DNA of 64,000 bases from an uncultured Gammaproteobacteria bacterium (GTDB lineage: Bacteria; Pseudomonadota; Gammaproteobacteria; UBA9214), in contig CAVOZZ010000009.1 in NCBI GenBank assembly GCA_963701505.1, positions 65,770 to 129,769 of the forward strand, read 5' to 3'. Under the pieces are notes generated by a model. The model was not told where the DNA came from and searched no databases. It saw only the letters and a program-made list of their open reading frames with translations. A program made the translations under genes and the position numbers. Positions within the stretch are counted from its first letter, which is position 1. Each line of letters begins with the position of its first letter. Below are positions 58,625 through 64,000 of the stretch, one piece after another.

Positions 58625-59297
58625 ATGACACAAAATCATTCTGCTGATCGCGGGTGGTTATCTGTTCGGTTCGATATCCACGGCCATTATTGTTTGCAAA
58701 CTGATGGGGCTGCCGGACCCGCGCACCGACGGTTCACGCAACCCGGGGGCCACCAATGTCGCGCGGCTCGGCGGAAAAAAGGCAGCAGCGCTGACGCTCG
58801 CGGGAGACATGCTGAAAGGGCTGGTCCCGGTGCTGATTGCGAAGGCCCTGCACGCCGACCCGACCATTCTTGCTGCGACCGCACTGGCGGCTTTCCTCGG
58901 TCACCTTTACCCGGTCTTTTTCGGCTTCCAGGGTGGCAAGGGCGTGGCAACGGCACTGGGCGTGATTTATGGCCTCTACTGGCCGGTGGGGTTGCTGACC
59001 ACGGGCATCTGGCTCGCCATGGCCCTCGTGTTCCGCTATTCCTCGCTGGCAGCACTCACGGCCATCCTGCTGACACCGCTGTGTTTCATGTGGTTGCTGC
59101 CGGAAACGCCGATTGTGATCGCCATGGTGGTACTGACCGTGCTGCTCTACTGGCGGCACCGCAGCAACATTGCCAACCTGCTGAGCGGCAAGGAAGGCAA
59201 GATCAGTTTCGGCAAGCGGACAAGGCGTAGCCGCGGACAGCGTCCACGAATAGATCAAGCGCTGAACAGACGGACCCAGCGCATCGGTTGCACCTGA
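58625..59297 (+). pseudogene. plsY: glycerol-3-phosphate acyltransferase PlsY, one frame change in the A-run at about 58633
   Basis: ATG at 58625 (MTQ). Removing one A from caaaat restores IILLIAGGYLFGSISTAIIVCKLMGLPDPRTDGSRNPGATNV, then FGFQGGKGVAT. Confidence 0.85.
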
Positions 59298-59318
59298 ATC
59301 GCGCCGGGGGCGGCGCTC

Positions 59319-60333
59319 CTACACGGCCGGCAATTCTTCCAGCGACCAGCGCGGCATGGCCTTGATACTCAGGCTCTCGTGCTGCCCTGCCTGCAGGCGC
59401 TGGTAGCCGGCATAGGCAATCATGGCGCCATTATCGGTACAGAATTCGGGACGCGGATAACACACACGTCCACCCTCGGCAGTCCATCAACTCGCCGAGA
59501 CGTTCACGCAGGCGCTGATTGGCACCCACGCCACCGGCAATCACCAGCGTCTTCAGACCGGTCTGGGCAACCGCGCGGCGGCACTTGATGACCATGGTAT
59601 CGACGACGGCCTCCTCGAAGGCACGTGCGATATCGGCACGGTCCTGCTCGCTCTGCCCTGATTCACGCCAGGTATTCAGTGCAAAGGTCTTCAGACCACT
59701 GAAGCTGAAATCCAGACCGGGCCGGTCGGTCATGGGCGCGGAAAGCGGAAACGCCCGGCATCACCCTGCAGCGCCAGCGCCGCCAGCGCGGGTCCACCGG
59801 GATAGGACAGTCCCAGCAGGGTCGCGGTTTTGTCAAAGGCCTCACCGACCGCATCATCGACAGAATCGCCCAGCACCCGGTAGCGCCGATGCCCTCGACC
59901 TCCACCAGCAGGGTATGCCCGCCCGAAACCAGTAACGCCAGGAACGGAAAATCCGGCGGGTCGGGCTCCAGCATCGGCGCCAGCAGGTGTCCCTCCATGT
60001 GATGGACAGCGACTGCCGGCACCCCCCAGGTCCAGGCCAGGCTGCGCCCGGTGGTCGCGCCCACCAGCAGGGCACCCACCAGACCGGGACCAGCGGTATA
60101 CGCCACCCCGCTGATATCTTTTCTTTGTAATTCCTGATATTATCAATTACTTGCCTGACAAGCGGCAGCAGCTTGCGGACATGGTCACGGGACGCCAGCT
60201 CCGGCACCACACCGCCGTAACGCGCATGCAGATCGATCTGGCTGTACAGGGCATGGCCCAGCAGGCCGCGGTCAGCGGCGTACAGGGCCACCGCGGTTTC
60301 ATCACAGGAGGTTTCGATACCGAGCACGATCAT
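59319..60333 (-). pseudogene. tsaD: tRNA N6-adenosine threonylcarbamoyltransferase TsaD, at least 5 frame changes
   Basis: [18 protein letters not shown]; [15 protein letters not shown]; [10 protein letters not shown]; VSGGHTLL; [11 protein letters not shown]; [10 protein letters not shown]. The C-terminus is CTDNGAMIA...EELPAV-stop. Confidence 0.85.
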
Positions 60334-60376
60334 GACCGGTATGGTAAACGCCGGCGCTTGTTACACAAGGCAAATT

Positions 60377-60405
60377 TTGCCTTTTCGTGTGGACGTGTAT
60401 AGAAT
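60377..60405 (+). promoter_or_regulatory. candidate sigma70 promoter for rpsU operon
   Basis: TTGCCT (60377-60382) - 17 nt - TAGAAT (60400-60405), ~40 nt upstream of the rpsU ATG, in the tsaD/rpsU divergent region. Confidence 0.4.
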
Positions 60406-60445
60406 GCGCAGCCCCAATATAACTGCTGTAAGTACCGGAATTTGT

Positions 60446-60661
60446 ATGCCAAATGTACGTGTAAAAGAAAACGAACCCTTTGAGATCGCGATCCGCCGTT
60501 TCAAGCGCGCCTGTGAAAAAGCCGGAATTCTGGCCGATGTCCGTCGCCGTGAGTTCTATGAAAAGCCCACGCAGGAACGCAAACGCAAAATGGCTGCTGC
60601 CGTCAAGCGCACCCAGAAAAAGGTTTCCCGCGAACTCGCCCGCCGCGTGCGTCTCTACTAG
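60446..60661 (+). CDS. rpsU: 30S ribosomal protein S21
   Basis: [42 protein letters not shown]..., 71 aa. The ORF-track extension from 60332 is non-coding. Confidence 0.95.
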   Translation: MPNVRVKENEPFEIAIRRFKRACEKAGILADVRRREFYEKPTQERKRKMAAAVKRTQKKVSRELARRVRLY

Positions 60662-60683
60662 TACCCAGCCCCCGTTTCTCCAC

Positions 60684-61127
60684 ATGTCCCTCAAGGACCG
60701 CATTCAGCAGGATGTCAAGGATGCCATGCGCGCCAGGGACAAGGAGCGCCTTGCCGCCATTCGCCTGATTACCGCAGCGATCAAGCAGCGCGAGGTGGAT
60801 GAGCGCATTGAGCTGGATGACGAACAGGTGCTGCTGGTACTCGACAAGATGTGCAAGCAACGGCGCGAATCGATCAGCCAGTTTGAGAAGGCCGGGCGCG
60901 ATGACCTGGTCTCCAAGGAAGTCAGTGAACTGGACATCATCCAGGGCTATCTGCCCAAACAACTGGATGACGATGAAATAGCTGCACTGATCGACGCCGC
61001 CATGATCGAAACCGGCGCTTCCTCTATCAAGGATATGGGCAAGGTCATGGGCCAGCTGAAGCCCAGACTGCAGGGCCGTGCGGACATGAGCGCAGTCAGC
61101 GCCATGATCAAGTCCAGACTCGGCTGA
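60684..61127 (+). CDS. GatB/YqeY domain-containing protein
   Basis: ATG at 60684 (MSLKDRIQQDVKDAMRARDKERLAAIRLITAAIKQ...), 147 aa. This is the typical gene between rpsU and dnaG. Confidence 0.85.
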   Translation: MSLKDRIQQDVKDAMRARDKERLAAIRLITAAIKQREVDERIELDDEQVLLVLDKMCKQRRESISQFEKAGRDDLVSKEVSELDIIQGYLPKQLDDDEIAALIDAAMIETGASSIKDMGKVMGQLKPRLQGRADMSAVSAMIKSRLG

Positions 61128-61272
61128 CAGCCACCCCGTAACGGCTGCTTGCAGCCACGCCACCGCAGACGTCTGGATTTCATCGCCGCGACATCCGTCT
61201 GCCTGACCCGATCCAGCCTGCCGAGCAATAAGCCGCTTTCCTTCCCGACCCGTCCCTTTTACCCTACTCCAC

Positions 61273-63047
61273 ATGGCTGGCCGGATACCGCAATCGTTTA
61301 TCGACGAATTACTCAACCGCACGGATATTGTTGAGGTCATCGATGCGCGCGTCCCCTTGAAGAAGGCCGGCCGTGAATACAAGGCGTGCTGCCCGTTCCA
61401 CGGTGAAAAAACCCCCTCGTTTACCGTCAGCCAGGTAAAGCAGTTCTATCACTGTTTTGGCTGCGGCGAACACGGCACGGCCATCACCTTCCTGATGGAT
61501 TACGAACACATGGAGTTCGTTGAGGCCATTGAGGAACTGGCGCGACGCGCCGGACTCGAGGTGCCGCGTGAGGCCGGCATCGAGCCACATACTCCCTCAA
61601 CACTGCCGCACTATGCACTGCTGGAGCGTATCTCCGAGTATTACCAGGCACAGCTGCGCGAACACCCGCAGGCCGGCCGCGCGGTTGCTTACCTGAAAAA
61701 CAGGGGACTGAGCGGTGAGGTTGCCGCGCGTTTCCATATCGGCTTTGCCCCACCGGGCTGGGAAAACCTGGCCGCTGCACTTGGCGCAGACAACAAGGAC
61801 CAGCAGCTGTTGCTGGAGCTTGGACTGACCATCAAGCGTGATGATGGCAACGGCGCCTACGATCGCTTCCGTGACCGGATACAGTTTCCCATCCACGACC
61901 GGCGCGGACGCACCATCGGCTTTGGCGGCCGCGTACTGGATGACAGCACACCCAAGTACCTCAATAGCCCCGAGTCACCGGTGTTTCACAAGGGCAAGGA
62001 ACTGTACGGGCTGTTTGAAGCACGCAAGGCCGTTCGACATCTCGAGCGTATCCTGGTGGTGGAAGGCTACATGGACGTAGTGGCACTGGCGCAGTTCGAT
62101 ATCAACTACACGCGTGGCGACACTGGGCACAGCCACGACACACGAGCACCTCGAGCAGATTGTTTCGCACCGTGCCGGAAGTCGTCTTCTGTTTTGATGG
62201 CGACCGCGCCGGTCGCGAGGCTGCCTGGCGCGCGCTGGTAAACACCCTGCCGGTATTGCGTGACGGGCGTGAAGCACGCTTCCTGTTTCTTGCCGGACGG
62301 CGAGGACCCCGATTCGCTGGTAAGAAAGATTGGCAAGGATGCCTTTGAAGAACAGTATCGAAACAGCCACGCACCTGTCCGACTTTTTCTTCGAGCGTCT
62401 TGCCAGTCAACTGGATATCAACAGCATTGATGGACGTGCACGCCTGGTGACACTGGCAAAACCGCTGTTGACCAGCCTGCCTGACAGCGTCTTCAGGCAA
62501 CTGATGGTCGAGCGGCTGGCTGAACTGGCCCATACCTCAACAGCCCGTGTCGCCGGCCCTGCGGATGACGTGCCAGGCGGACCAGACCCCAGGCCGTCCG
62601 TCAAGCCACCCGCGGCACAGCATCCCGGACAAAAGAGCCCGGTACGACAGGCGATTGAATTGCTGCTCTACCAGCCGTCACTGGCCACGGACATCACACT
62701 CCCCGCGACCATCGGGCAGTGCAGCCAGCCGGGAGTGCCTTTACTGATTGAAATCATTGAATTACTTCAACAAGCAACCGGAACTTAATACTGCTGCGCT
62801 ACTCGAACACTGGCGTGACGATGAGGACGGCCGATATCTTGAACAGGCTGGCGTGCTGGACACCTCCTCTGGACGACCTGGAGCTGGCGGCCGACCTGCA
62901 GGGCAATCTCAACGAGATAGAACGCCAACACATTGAAAACAGGATAAATTATCTTGATTCAGAGCATAAACAGCGCGCCCTCAGCAGTGCAGAAAAGCAG
63001 GAATATGGCAACTGCTGCTGCAAAGCCACGCCGCACGTCAACACTGA
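61273..63047 (+). pseudogene. dnaG: DNA primase, at least 4 frame changes
   Basis: Zinc-ribbon motif CCPFHGEKTPSFTVSQVKQFYHCFGCGEHG, the RNA-polymerase core, and Toprim EGYMDVVALAQ...FCFDGDRAGREAA. The C-terminal helicase-binding region lies in shifted frames. The stop is inferred at about 63045-63047. Confidence 0.85.
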
Positions 63048-63183
63048 TGGTCAATTGCGACAACTATCAGACACCGTCTTGTTTACTAATTGGCTCAGCC
63101 CAATATACTGGTTTATACTGGTGCGATTAATTTCGCACCCCTTATGTGTACTTTTTGGGCCATCGATTTGCCCGCGGATGATT

Positions 63184-64000
63184 ATGGACAAGAAACAACA
63201 ATCACGACTGAAACTGCTGATCGAAAAAGGCAAGGAACAGGGTTTCCTGACCTATGCCGAAGTCAACGACCATCTGCCGGAAGATATCGTCGATCCACAG
63301 CAAATCGAAGACATCATTGGCATGATCAATGATATGGGCATCCTGGTGCACGAAGTGGCACCGGACAGTGATTCCCTGTTGCTTGCCAGCACCAAGAATT
63401 CCGCTGATGAAGATGCGGCGGAAGAAGCCGCTGCCAACCTGGTGACCGTTGACAGTGAATTCGGCCGTACCACCGATCCGGTTCGCATGTACATGCGCGA
63501 AATGGGTACCGTTGAACTGCTCACGCGTGAAGGTGAAATCGTTATCGCCAAGCGCATCGAGGATGGACTCAACCAGGTGCTGCTGGCACTGGCATCCTAC
63601 CCGGAAACAGCGGCTACCCTGTTACGGGGATATGAACGGGTCGATGCCGGTGAAATGCGTCTGAACGACCTGATTTCCGGCTTTATTGACCCCAATGCCG
63701 AAGAACCCCAGATACCGGAACCTGCACAGGTACAGGCAACAAACAGCAGCAAGGATGATGACGACGATCCGGATGACGAAAGTGATGAACCGGTTGATAC
63801 CGGTCCAGACCCGGAAGAGGCAAAGCAGCGCTTTGCGGAAATCGAGAAGGTTTACACTCAGCTGGTTACGGCTCATAGCGAAGGGCGGTAAAAATAGCTG
63901 CCCGTATAGAGAAACTTCGCACCCAGCTCTCGGAACAGATCGGTACCCTCAAGCTGGTTCCACGCATTATTGACATTCTGACCACCAACCTGCGCCACGC
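63184..64000 (+). pseudogene. rpoD: RNA polymerase sigma factor RpoD (sigma70), 3' end outside window; frame change in the A-run near 63890
   Basis: MDKKQQSRLKLLIEKGKEQGFLTYAEVNDHLPEDIVDPQQIEDII; DPVRMYMREMGTVELLTREGEI; an acidic spacer. After gtaaaaatag the frame shifts (KIAARIEKLRTQLSEQ...). Confidence 0.9.

Overview
This is a GC-rich chromosomal window. Its gene content matches a gammaproteobacterial-type chemolithoautotrophic sulfur oxidiser: form IA RuBisCO cbbLS with cbbQ/cbbO and no carboxysome genes, plus dissimilatory sat-aprBA. Genes in order, left to right: (1) a secreted alpha/beta hydrolase running off the 5' edge, a DedA/TVP38-rhodanese fusion, and glgX. (2) An ~11 kb Mrp-antiporter + NuoH/B/C/D/I-like operon of the archaeal Mbh/Mbx type, whose NuoI-like subunit is fused to a GltD-like NAD(P)H flavoprotein, followed by a small diiron protein. 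(3) ppsA bracketed by ~190 bp inverted repeats. (4) A convergent GltD/ferredoxin - PFOR (nifJ) - DHOD-like operon. (5) A glgP-type phosphorylase, pyruvate kinase and a KefB/C-type antiporter. (6) A LolA-like/FtsX/FtsX/ABC/OMP envelope module. (7) cbbO-cbbQ-orf103-cbbS-cbbL, a YkgJ-type Cys-cluster protein, and aprA-aprB-sat-tauE. (8) An aldehyde dehydrogenase, slt, an NDUFA9-like epimerase, cca, uppP, a MidA-like methyltransferase, folK-folB, plsY and tsaD. (9) The rpsU-yqeY-dnaG-rpoD operon, with rpoD running off the 3' edge. I recognised no rRNA, tRNA, CRISPR, transposase, integrase or phage genes. Two unrelated intergenic repeat families are present. Major caveat: dozens of frame disruptions interrupt otherwise colinear, clearly homologous genes, including essential ones, while several multi-kb blocks are completely clean. 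Disrupted genes are therefore reported as single loci (type pseudogene = disrupted as sequenced) with approximate break points. The most interesting candidate system is the Mbx-like, NAD(P)H-wired ion-translocating complex together with its neighbourhood (IR-flanked ppsA and a PFOR flanked by split DPD-like flavoproteins).
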